Shown piece after piece: positions 23,601 through 34,642 of a stretch of DNA of 59,480 bases. Below the pieces are notes generated by a model. The model worked only from the letters and a program-made list of their open reading frames with translations, was not told the DNA's origin and searched no databases. The stretch is from Klebsormidium nitens (Eukaryota > Plantae > Klebsormidiophyceae). The stretch is from assembly GCA_000708835.1 (NCBI GenBank), contig DF237318.1, positions 33,556 to 93,035 of the forward strand, given 5' to 3'. Position numbers and translations under genes: made by a program. Position 1 is the first letter of the stretch, and each line of letters opens with the position of its first letter.

Positions 23601-26226
23601 CCTGCGGGAGCCGTCTGAGACCTGGACGCAGAGCGCGGGGCGTCAGCCCAAAGGCAATTCAGCCATGGGCCTACATACTCGAGACTGGCAACCTTTGCTG
23701 AGTCTGCGTTCCGCTGAATTCAGATGCTTGCCCTCCTTACCAGGTCCCTATTTGAACGGTTCACGTTCTGCACTCAATCGGACCGGATCGTTGGCGAGGC
23801 AGGCAGGTCTCACGCAGCGTTTCACTAACCGTTCAAGTGACTCTGGTGTCAGTGTTTGCAGGACACGTTCTGGTCACGACGCGAGGTCCTTCTCGAAACA
23901 GGCGGGCTGATGAGTGGTCGTCGCGACTAGAAAAGAGAGGTTTCCTGCTGCCCTTGGCCCAGATAATCACAGCACCCTCGGATTGTAGAAGCAGCAGGTT
24001 GGCAACGTTCAGAGGCGGGCTGCCATCGAGCGCTTACCTTCGAGCCATTCAGGACTCCTGCTAATCGCAAAGCCCGAAGAGTGCTGCGACAAAACACCCC
24101 TGAACCCTCGGACATGAAAAAGGCGAAACCCAAGAACTGGTTGGCAACCATTGAGGAACGCACACGCACCTCCTTTCCTCGAGCACTGACGCTGGACTGC
24201 CGTCGTGGTCTTGTCCCGAGCCGGCGGCGAGGCCACCGGGCGTAAGATGGACGGCGAGGGGATAGGTTATGGCGCGGGGGGACGAGGGCCGGGCGACGTG
24301 CGGGCTGTGCTGCTCCCTGGAAGGACAAGGAAAGTGTTCTGCTTATGAGATGCTGTTACTGACGTTTCAGATAATCTTTTGCTTACGACGTTCACATCAA
24401 GTATGGGTTCTGACCACTCCCCTTGGATTTTGGACTTGGAGAGACTTGAAGTTTACCGTAAATGTTAACGAATCAAAGGGAGTTATGCAGGACGTGAGGC
24501 TGTGCTGCTCTCTTGGGTGAAGCGGAAGCTGTTGCCTTCACCACAAGGAAAGGATGATCGAATGGAGAGCTTAAGCAGCAACGGGGAAATCTGCTCTGTT
24601 GAATAGGGGGACGGTGTAGAAGGGGAATGCCAAACTAGGAACACCAATCAAATTGCTGTTCCGGGAGGGCTTCTTTGGAGTTAGAAATGTGGCAGAAATA
24701 CAGCAAACCTGGGCTTGAATGGGGCTGGTTTGAAATAATTGGATGTAAGCCATGGGCGACCCGTACATAGCTCTGAAGTGAAAAGCATAACCGAAGACCT
24801 GTGCCGTCAGAAATAAAAGCTTCACAAGAATGTAAAACGGGGAACCGTACAGACTCCATGAGATCTCCACGAATTCAGTGGGTCAAAGATAAAACTGCAG
24901 GTGCAGCACGCCACACTTGAAGCGAAGGCAGTAAGATTCAGGAACTTGCGGAGCAGAAACGAGACTTCGGAACATGGGAGGAAAGCAGACAAAAGGCCTT
25001 CACCTCGAGACGGGCGAAAGCAACCCCGGCAAGCAATGCAGGACAAGCGAAGCACAGAAACACACTGACTTATCCACCTTGAAAACGGCAGAAAAGCGCC
25101 CGGCGTGCGAAACAACTGTGGCCCGGCACGCTCCTCCCCGCCATCCCGCAACGGCCGCCCCGGCGCCCTCTCGCCGCGCGGAGGCCCCAACCCCTCCATC
25201 CTCTGCTCCAAAGCTCTCTGCTCCACTCCCGTCTGCTGCGCCGCTCTCACCGAAATAGCCTCCGACAGCCAGGCGGGACTTCCCCGAAATGGGGGGGGAA
25301 ACGGGAGGTGAGCAGGGTGGGGGGGGATGGTGGGGATGGGGCGGTGGGAGTGGTGGGAGCGGTCGCGTGGGCGCTCGGGCTCGCTGACGTCATCCGAGTC
25401 CATGGGCTCGTCATCGGCCTTGAGTTGCGCCTGAGTGGACTGGATCGCTGCAGTTGGGGTGGGAGGACGGGTTATGAAGGTTAAGGCTCTGGTTGTGGAG
25501 AATAAGGCTCGGATTATGTGAAACCACGTGGGCTGATGATTGCGAGCGCAGACTGCCTAAAAGGACAGGCGCACTCACTGGTGGGCTATTGGCGCTGGTA
25601 CTCAATCAAGAGAACACCAAGTCGAAGTTTACTCATCGGTCCCGCTTGAGTCACGGTCGAGGGGAGCTACACTTGTGCCGAGAGCCGGACCTTCAGCCTT
25701 CAACCTTTGACAAAGACTTCCTTGAGCCGTTGCAAAGCAAATGGAAACGCTGGTTGAATGGCATGTGACTGGGGGGTACCGAGGTGGTTTAACGGGGCAC
25801 ATTGATGAAAGTAATCTTGAAGACGTAGACCCTCGCCACCATGGAATTACAATACCACCAAGCTCTGAACACGTTTGATTTAAGTGTTCCGTTTGGGCAG
25901 CTCCTCTAGGCACAACATCGTCTACAAAGCACCACTTGAAGGACCTTGGCAAGCCAGGTTTGCAAGCCAAACCCGTCGCCCACCCGGCAGCCGGCTCCTT
26001 GCCTCTCCCCCATCTACAACTCCCGTGACATTCTGACCTTTTGTAGCCAATTTGCATTTCTGGAGACTGTTCTTTCCATAGTCAGTTGATTTCCCAACCA
26101 CGCACCGTCCGTGAGCAGTTGCATGCACAGCGGCAACTCCCGCTTGAAGGCCTCCACTTTTCGCCGCTCCTCCTCGAGCCCCCGCAGATACTCCTGCAGC
26201 TCCTGCCGGTCTGCATCGTCGCTCAT
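20605..26226 (-). CDS. HHO: GARP/G2-like MYB-related transcription factor of the NIGT1/HRS1/HHO subfamily (6 exons, ~528 aa)
   Basis: Exons complement(26106..26226, 25078..25447, 24170..24316, 23535..23621, 21874..22045, 20605..21294) total 1587 nt. Motifs: N-terminal [26 protein letters not shown] domain [44 protein letters not shown]|KYRLH, and the post-domain [12 protein letters not shown]. The symbol is family-level. Confidence 0.93.
21995..22480 (-). repeat. Tandem copies of the HHO exon 5 acceptor plus the first ~35-55 nt of the GARP exon
   Basis: CAG|CAC(C/G)GGGGCGATGTC.. starts at 22045 (functional), 22182, 22323 and 22460. Periods are 137, 141 and 137 bp. Confidence 0.93.
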
Positions 26227-29200
26227 CGCACCAGTGGGGGGTTGCGTCTGCCAGGAAATTGAGGGGGGGGGGATGGTGAGCTAGGGGAAGAAGGCCACAT
26301 CCACCAAAGAGGATTTTAGAGGAAGGCACTCGCCAGAGGAGTGAGGGTGCCTTTAAACCCCCACCTGCATCTCATTGAAGATCACTTGACCTACGAACGG
26401 CCATACAAGGCTTTGTATGAGTCGGGGCCAAATCGCCGAAGGAAAGGATGACCTAAGGAAAAAGGGGGCAGCTGCCAAAGATAAGATAAGATAGCCGAGC
26501 GCAGCATTATAGATAGGGCCACACCTAGTTGAAAGAATACAGCAGATGAAAGAAACAGTCTCTCAGCACATAGGTGACGCTATGTCTGGAAAGTATTGCA
26601 CATGCCAGTGCCTCCACAAGAGGCACACAAGACAATGAAAGAAAATGAAGAGAGTCAGAATTCCATCCTCCAGCAGCTTATGCAGTACTTTCCTGCACTT
26701 TATTCTGCCATTGTGCGGGCACTTTCTACCTGCATGTTGTTGGTCTGAGTAAGCATCAGGCCGTGCTCAAGAGGGGATGATCAAGTTGAAGTAGACTAAA
26801 CCAACACTAGCATACTGTACTTTCCGTCAAGACCTCCCGAAAGAAACAATCTTTCACCGGACCTTATGGATATTACCTGCATGCAATTGTGTGTCCTCAC
26901 AACAGCTTCCAGCAAGGGTTCTGAGAAGACGAATGGTGGTCTTGTAATCCATCAGCATTGCTCAGCTTTGATCCCGACTTAGTATGGTCCAATGCAAAGA
27001 CTTTTCAGTTGATATATGAGCTCCATGTTTGGGAGCTTGTGACCAAAATGAGCGACTGTGCTTCAATAGCACCTAAGGAAGTACAATATCCAAAGTGATG
27101 CTATGCAAGCAGCATTGGTGAAGAACGGATTTCGCCATATTGACCATCTCATGACCTGACAATCTGAATGCAAATTGGGACAATGAAGTGCAAAAGATTC
27201 AATGCGTCAAATGTTGGGTTGTGTTTTTGGTGAAGCTTCTGCTATTTGTGAAACCCTTGCATTCTTGACCGCTTTTTCTGATTTAGGGTGCAGCCTTGAG
27301 AACGATGTTGATGAAAGAAAGTCGGGTATCAACGTCGGATGCCAAGCTGGATATATCGGTTGAGGCAGCTAACGGAAGGCAAGCCAATGGCACTGAAAGC
27401 AAGGATAAGCAATGCATTGCCTATCAAGTCAATGTTCACGTCTATCAAGACAAGTTTTGCCCAATTCTGGGTTGCATGACCTGGTGCCTTTGACATCTTG
27501 CCAGCTCTCATACTTCGCCTCTGTACAGAGAATGGAGTCAGAAATTGCAGAAAGGCTATCTGGATGCAGCACTAAAAGGAAATAAAACATCAGCATGACT
27601 CAATGAGCTCAAATTCGAAGTCAACTTCTCTATGTGGTCAGTGAGACACAAAATATGCCTGCAACAAACGAGCAGAGACTGGATTCATGGGAGACTGGAG
27701 ACACGGGGCGGTGTAGTGGGTCAACGGGGAAGAGCCAACTCCAAGTCGAGCTTGGACAGTCTAATAGGAGTCGCCAATAAAAATCTGCTAAGTGCAATAA
27801 GAGCAACTGGTGCAGCTCGGCAGTCAAGCAGAGAAGTACGACATAAAATGAAGGCATTTGAGACTCGAAGCTGACAATCTGAGCCGTCCAAGTATTGAGG
27901 AAGAAGCTAATGAAAGGAACTTCATTCAAGCATCCCTTGAAAAAAGAGCCGACAAGAAGGCTTGCAGCACGGTGTTGTGCAACAGAGGCTGCTTCCAACG
28001 TATTTCGACATGCATATCTTCAATAACACAACATACGGTCGAAGAACCCTTTGCCTTCTGCTACCATGGCGACACCCTCACCTACAAAAATGCTTGAATA
28101 GGTGCCTCTTCAGCAGCACCTTTGGCCTTCCCCGCCGACCATCTTTGCTCAAGCCCTTACTTTCATCACCAGCACAACGTGCATTTGTAACCCTCTTAGC
28201 GTTCTTCACTGAGGCAATTCCCCTTCTGCCACCTACGCAACTGTCAAAGGAAAAGCCTTACACTACTATTGAAAACATGTCTTAATATTCAACTCTGCCT
28301 TTGCTGACAGAATACATCCTTTCTTCTAGGTAACATGTCAAAACTGGCTTCAGCACTTTCACAAAGGGTATAAGTGGTCAAAGAATCCACAGAGGGAACC
28401 CGGATTAGCAAACTGCAGCCTGCAAGCGTGCACCTTTCGCTAGCACTTCGAATCAATTCCTAAAGGAAGCTTTCTAAAGACTCAGAGCATGCGAAGCGGG
28501 TCGTTCTGTCTAGATAGATAACGAACACCTCCCTAGGCTCATTCGCACACATGATTGGCCTTCTTCTTCCATGCAAGATGCAATGGCAACATTCGCACTA
28601 GATATATTTGCTGTGTGCATATTGCAGTTGCTCCTGAAGATGCTTGCCCGGTATATGGGAAGATAGCGGAGTCCGGTCCAGTGGCCGACCGGAACTGAGA
28701 GTCCTCTTGCTAAGTCAGTCGGTCACAGTATTCCGGTCTCGAGGAGGCGTCAAGCGGAATAGATAACGTTCTGAACCGGTTGAATGAAACCGTCCGAATT
28801 TATGCAGATTGTCAAGAAAGGATTCTCCAATCTTGGATGGCGCAGCAGCTGAGCAGATTCCGACCCGATTCAAATAATCCAACACGACTGAGATTCCGGG
28901 GAAAGATGCGAGATTCTGCGTGAAAGGAGCGCCGTCCGAATCTGCCATGTGATTCAATGCACCGTTCGATGTTCCGCTTTGTGACGTCAGACGACGTAGC
29001 TGCTTGCAAGCGGTTGCCAGGCAACTTAGCCGCGGGCCGGCCGCCAAACGGTCGAACCGTGACACGGCGGCCGCGGCGCGCGGACCGCTGCTGAGCTAGT
29101 GCGCGGCCTCCCGGTATCCCGGGCCCTGTCCCTGCATTGAACGCCTTGCGAGGCTAGCTGCCCGAGTCTGTCCATACTTACCACAGCCTGTCCTCCGCCA

Positions 29201-30254
29201 GGTTAAGCTGCGCTACGCTCATGCAGCTCAGGCCGCTGGAGCCATTGTGACCGCTGCCGCCGCTGCGCTACGCTTATACGCTAAGCATTAGATTATATGT
29301 ACGTTCACATGGGCCGTTCGGATTCTCGATTTGGCTTGTTGAGAATCGAGTGAACGAGTGGCCTCAAAGAATGTACAAATGTTCATGTATAGCGCTGCTC
29401 TTCTCGCCGGCCTCAGCACAGGGGGCTTGACTCTGAAGTTGTCGCAGCTGAGCTCTACATCCAACATTTGACAGCGATCAAGGCGTATTCGACTCGTTGC
29501 AAAGGCTTTTAATAACTGGCAATCTGAAATTTTCAAAGCTCCATATAGCACGAAGTTTTCAGACCATTCAATAATAACCAGTAAGGCGAGTCAGTTTACA
29601 TGATACGCCGGTGAGCTTCAGAGCTTGTATAGCAGACCAGCATTCAAATGTTTTTTCATAAGTTTCCACTCGTTTGCTCCAGCATTTGCAGCCGGCACGG
29701 AAATATTTAAAACTACGACTTGAGTACTTGTGCTTCGAGATAATCTTATTGCGACGGGACTGGACGTGAAAATTGCCCTCGAGATGATATTGTTGTGATG
29801 GGAATGGACGTGAAAATTGCCCATGTCGATGCCTATTTAGAAAAAGAAAACGACCCAGGTGTCTGAATAGTGACGGCTCAAGCCGGAGTTTTCAACCGTC
29901 ACCAAACGAAGGTACATATCAAAGGACCAATTGTTCTCCGAGACTCAAGTCACGTTGAGGTCCACTGCTCGCCTAAATGATTTCTGACCACTATACAGGC
30001 CGCTCGAGCTCCAACCTGATTTTACCAAGGCTTCGACTCTTTTTACCCCCGCTTAGTGAAAACAGGAGTTTTAAAACAGGGGCAGTGCGCGCTAGGATCC
30101 TAGTCTTTCCGAAGACCGACCTTCCGGGCCCACCTCTACATTTTCCAAGCTAAGCCGCGCTAAACCGCGTTGAGGTCCCCTCAACATCCGCTGAGCGCAG
30201 AGAATATGCAAGTACTTTAGCTCAACATCGTTATTTGTCTCATTTGGTCCCAGT

Positions 30255-33200
30255 TTACCAGGCGTTCCGCGCCCCTCCTGGCACATTTGGAGCGGACGCC
30301 ACCATTTGTGGACCGCCCATCATCGCCTGAGTTGGGGGGGCCGTCATTTGAACGGCCCCGTTTTGCAGGAAAGCTGCACATGAGAACGAAACCCGAAGCG
30401 AAATTAGCTTCGGCAGTCGCAGCATACTGCGTGTTCAAAGTCGAAGCAGCCGGATGAGCAGGACACGCGTACGAGTTCCATGTGGTACTAACCGCTGCAG
30501 ACCGAGTAATGCTTGATCCTATCGTTGATCCTCCTCGCTTCGATTGTGTACAGCACAAATGGGTCGTTTGATGCAGAGAAGAAGCTTGGGCAGCGGGGAG
30601 CGCGGGTCAAGAACATCTCCGTTTCACGACACACTTAACTGCCACTTGACTCTATTTCCGGCTTCGTTGTCAAGAAAGGCGCATAAGCAACTCCGAATCT
30701 CCGAAGTTTTCTATCCTTTCGACCTTTCTTGACGAAGACGGCTTGTTCTTGAACCTTAGTACATGATATCCTTTTCTTCACAGAAGCTTTTGAATCACTG
30801 GTCATTTGTCGTTGATCACCTTGGGCCCCGAAGGCCAATTTTTACACTGCTCCAAGAATGTCCACTCCAACAAGATCGCTGTGCAAGTCGAGCTTTGCTG
30901 GGGGTTTTATTCACCTGTGGGCCGCAGATTGGTGTCGTTGGCCAATCTGCCCGCTTCCCACTGGGACTTTGCCGTCTTGGCCGCGCGCGCAAAGCGCTCC
31001 GAGTCCGCGAGCCCCGGGACGTAGTGCAGCAGGCAGCAGCACAGGAAGCAATTGACCGCGTCGCACGGCGCGAAGGACACGACCTCGCCAAAACACTGCA
31101 ACGCAACGGGTTTTCTCGATAAAGAGTCTTACGCGTCCATCGCTTGCGTGTGCGATTCACGATCTCGGGCCCCCCCTGAAACTTGAAACTCTCAAAGTGC
31201 TTGGAAGCCTTCTTTCATCGTTCGACTTGTGGGCTCGTATTGACCCTTGGACGTGTTCTCTCGACTTTTCAACGAAAAAAGCTCGCAGATAAGCGCACGT
31301 GCTATCTTACGCGGAGTTCTATTCTTCGTGGCCAACTTCAGGTTGAAGTACGGAGACTTTCGCGAAGACGTCGCGCGCGGAAGAGCAAACGACGTAGAAG
31401 TGCATATATTGCCCGACTTTGGAAAACAGTCGATCCTGATCTTGCGACAAACCAAGTGGTTTTCAACCCCAGCCGCGACAATAAAGAGAAGGGCAAGGTA
31501 CTTTTGAGGGCCGTCCTCCGTACATACCCAAAGCGCGCCGCACTTACAACCATTCTCAGAGGAGGGGGATCAGGAGCTGGTTAAAGAATAAAGACGGACT
31601 TCGTTTAGGGCTGCAAAATAGGAGACGCGTTTGGAGGTTCTTGCACAGTTGTTTCATCGAGCGTTGAGGCGCAAAGTGGTGCGGTTCTGGCTGGAGCACT
31701 GACCGCGATGCAGCAGCAGCAGTGGTAGGGCGTGCAGCACCTCGCGGGTTTGACGGATCCGGCGACGCAGCTGTGGAAGAAGACCTTGCGGTGCGTGCAC
31801 GTGTTGTACTGGAAAAGAAACACGAAGTGAGAAATCCTCTTTTTCAAGAAGCTAGCTAAGTCTAACATCTCATTTGGTACATCAGTGTGCGTGTAAAATT
31901 TTACAGGGTGCAGGCTCGCCATGACCATGAACGCTTCCGGATCTTCCACAATAGTGTAGAAACTCCATTTGATCTTCCTTAGTCTGCCCCTACGAACATA
32001 CATGTAAGCTAAAGGATTCTCGAGAAGGCCGTATCGGTTGAGTCTCATAAGGTCGACGTGCTTACCTGGCATACACAGCACTCTGTGCAACAGAACGGCG
32101 CACAGACGAACGGGTACTCCGCCTCGACACTGTCTTCCAGGACCCGCACGTACGTCCGTTTCTTCAGCTGCAGCGTCCGAAGCGTCGGCAGTTTTGAAAA
32201 TTCCCCGTAAGGTAATCACAGGATTCAATACCGAAAACGAGTGAATCATCATCTGAGGAAAAGAAAAGTGGTGCAAGTTGTGTTCGAAGTTGTGTTCGAA
32301 GTTGGCAGATGGACAATGGGCCAAGGAGGGAGCGTGTCAATACTGAAAGCAATCCTCTTACTTATACTTTTTCCCTGCGCTGAAGCAGTGAGGTCGCAGA
32401 TTGAGAAGACTGCTAAGGGATACGCAAATCCATCGTGCAGCAAATCCTGAATCAGCTGCTTGAGGTGTTCAGAGAGAGCATCAAGGAGCTGTCAAAGTTT
32501 ATTGGAAGAAGATGTATGCTGATTTGACTTACCCAAAGCCAGCACCAGCAGTTAGGGCCGAGGAAGTAACAGGGCCAAAACTTCCAGGAGTCGCTGATGG
32601 GCGCGTCGTGCAGGACGCCAATGGCGTTAGGGCTCTTCAGCCGGACGGTGTAGTCCAGCTGAGAGGGGTCTTGCCTGGGGACCACGAATGCATCATCTTG
32701 AACCTGCAAGAGGTTCATAAGAGCTGATTGTGTCAAGTAAAGTCCAATTATGGCAGCTTTTATGACTGCAGAAGGGCGCATGGAAGGAAGCTACGTGTTG
32801 TTGCTGAGCTCTCAGAAAGCTAGAGCGAGGCACCCCTTGGACATTCTGGTGTCCTTTGATGAACTCCGGATCTCGGGTTGAGCTTGTTGCAGGGCCACGT
32901 GCTATGTGCAAAGAGATTAGGTGAGCTGACTGGCTGAGGGGCCACATGATGCTGGATACCCCAAAAGCAACCAGATGTGAGCAGTCCTGAGTATCACGCG
33001 CTGACCTTCTCTGTCTTTAAAATGCTGACAACTCCATTGACAGCTTGAAGAACCAAACCTGATCATGAGCTAGGCATTTAATGTCCGTTTCCCTGGCAGT
33101 TGAGGCACCGGCAATCCACAGCACCCTTCCATGACAGACTCGAAGGCTGCAAGGCACTGGATAACATCTCACTCGCAAGACTGAGCAGAACGAAATGGTT

Positions 33201-33442
33201 GTTTGGAAACTGGATGGTACACGCTGAAGCCGGTAAACATCTCCCAACAAAAATCTGCTGGGATTTAAGCAGAGGACAAAACAGGAACCAGCCGTTCTGA
33301 CTGATCTGGCAAAAGCGGAGAATTGGCGAGCTCCTCAAATAGCCGCAAAGCTCACCACATAGACCACCTGCTGAGGACTGCCCGGAGCCACCTGAGTCAT
33401 GCCTGCTCCCACTGGATAGTTGTCGTACCCTTGCTGCCCCAT
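30255..33442 (-). CDS. Uncharacterised cysteine-rich protein (6 exons, ~254 aa)
   Basis: Exons complement(33356..33442, 32533..32703, 32066..32167, 31704..31808, 30915..31095, 30255..30373) all have GT/AG ends and consistent phase (765 nt). Translation: MGQQGYDNYPV..FWPCYFLGPNCWCWLW|LKKRTYVRVLEDSVEAEYPFVCAPFCCTECCVCQ|..CCTPYHCCCCIA|CFGEVVSFAPCDAVNCFLCCCLL..ARNAW. No family was recognised with confidence. Confidence 0.8.
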
Positions 33443-34642
33443 CTTCTACCGACTAATCGAAGGCAGATCAGCTGAACTAGTCAATCGAGCTCGGACTTAG
33501 CAGCTTTGGGACTGGAAAAGTCGAGCTTTCTGTCTAGCTGGTTGGCTTATCTGCCTTGGAGTTTGCAGGGCGGCTTGGAAGGAGTCGGACTGGCACTCAT
33601 GATAACTTGAAGCCGCTTGTCAAGCTACAGACTGTGCGTACAGCTCGTCTGACTCTCAGTTTGCAATGGCAGCTTGCAAGTTGCGAGACGCCCCCAGAAG
33701 CCCGTGTCAAAAGTCGGAACCAGAGAATTCTTCCAATCTTCTGGACTTCTGGGACTTCGAGCTAGCAGATCTTGATGATTTAAAACGTGAGAATTTGAAA
33801 GGGCGCACGTACGTACAATCTTTTTTATGCTTCTACAGTATTTCTTCTCATGAATCACAAGCGCCACTTCACTACTTCACACTTAACCCTCGTCACCGTA
33901 AGGTAGGTAAGGCTAAGTAAATAAGTAGGTAGGTCGTATTATGGTTCTAGCCGATTCTAGCGCGGACTTTGAAGTTCGAAATTAAAGCCGAGCTAATTAC
34001 ATAATATGATATTCCGTCCGCCATACAAATCAAGAGCCTCAGCCAGCCAGGTCTCCCGGGTCTTCGGCAGGTGTTGAAGACACCGGCACTCGATAAATTC
34101 GGTGTAATTGTAGCTACAGCCGCGTAACGACTCGCTGATACAAAATCAAAAGATACATCCAGATCGACGGCAGAGCTGCCACGCCGCCGAATCATCGGAT
34201 TCAATCGACGGTTTTGCTACCTGCGGCTAGCGCTGCATGAGCCGACAAGATGCTCGCGTCCGATCGCGATCCCAACGGAGGATGTGACGGTATGTCGGGT
34301 GCATGCTTGTATATGGGCATGCTGTTCATGAACAGCTGAACGTACTCATGGAAATTCAACACATGGTCGCACCTCGAACATGCATGGCAAGAGAATTCGG
34401 CCGGGCTTTCAAAGCATTGAAGGTGGACATGTTGCGCAACCGCCATTCTTGCGCACATGGCCGGCCTTGGGGCCGACTCGAAGCCGTGCTGCCTAGCAAA
34501 AGCGTCCAATCTGCCTAGCACCCAAAGCAGCCTGAGTCTCAAACCGTTTTAATAAGTACGTTCAAGCATCTGGTGTGGTGTGCACATGCGATGATCGAAA
34601 AGCTTTGGCGGTAATAATGGAGAGTAAAGCCGGGTCGGCAGA

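Noticed and set aside
29174-29182. ATACTTACC, identical to the U1 snRNA 5' end
   Set aside because: Only 9 nt match and the following sequence lacks U1 stem-loops and an Sm site. It is better read as a minus-strand 5' splice site.
34303-34518. Short + strand ORF containing SCAHGRP, resembling the MutL/PMS1/MLH3 C-terminal C(P/A)HGRP motif
   Set aside because: There is no upstream DQHAxxE or ACR/K motif, no ATPase domain and no spliceable exons. It lies just past the ldpA stop codon, so it is most likely a chance match.
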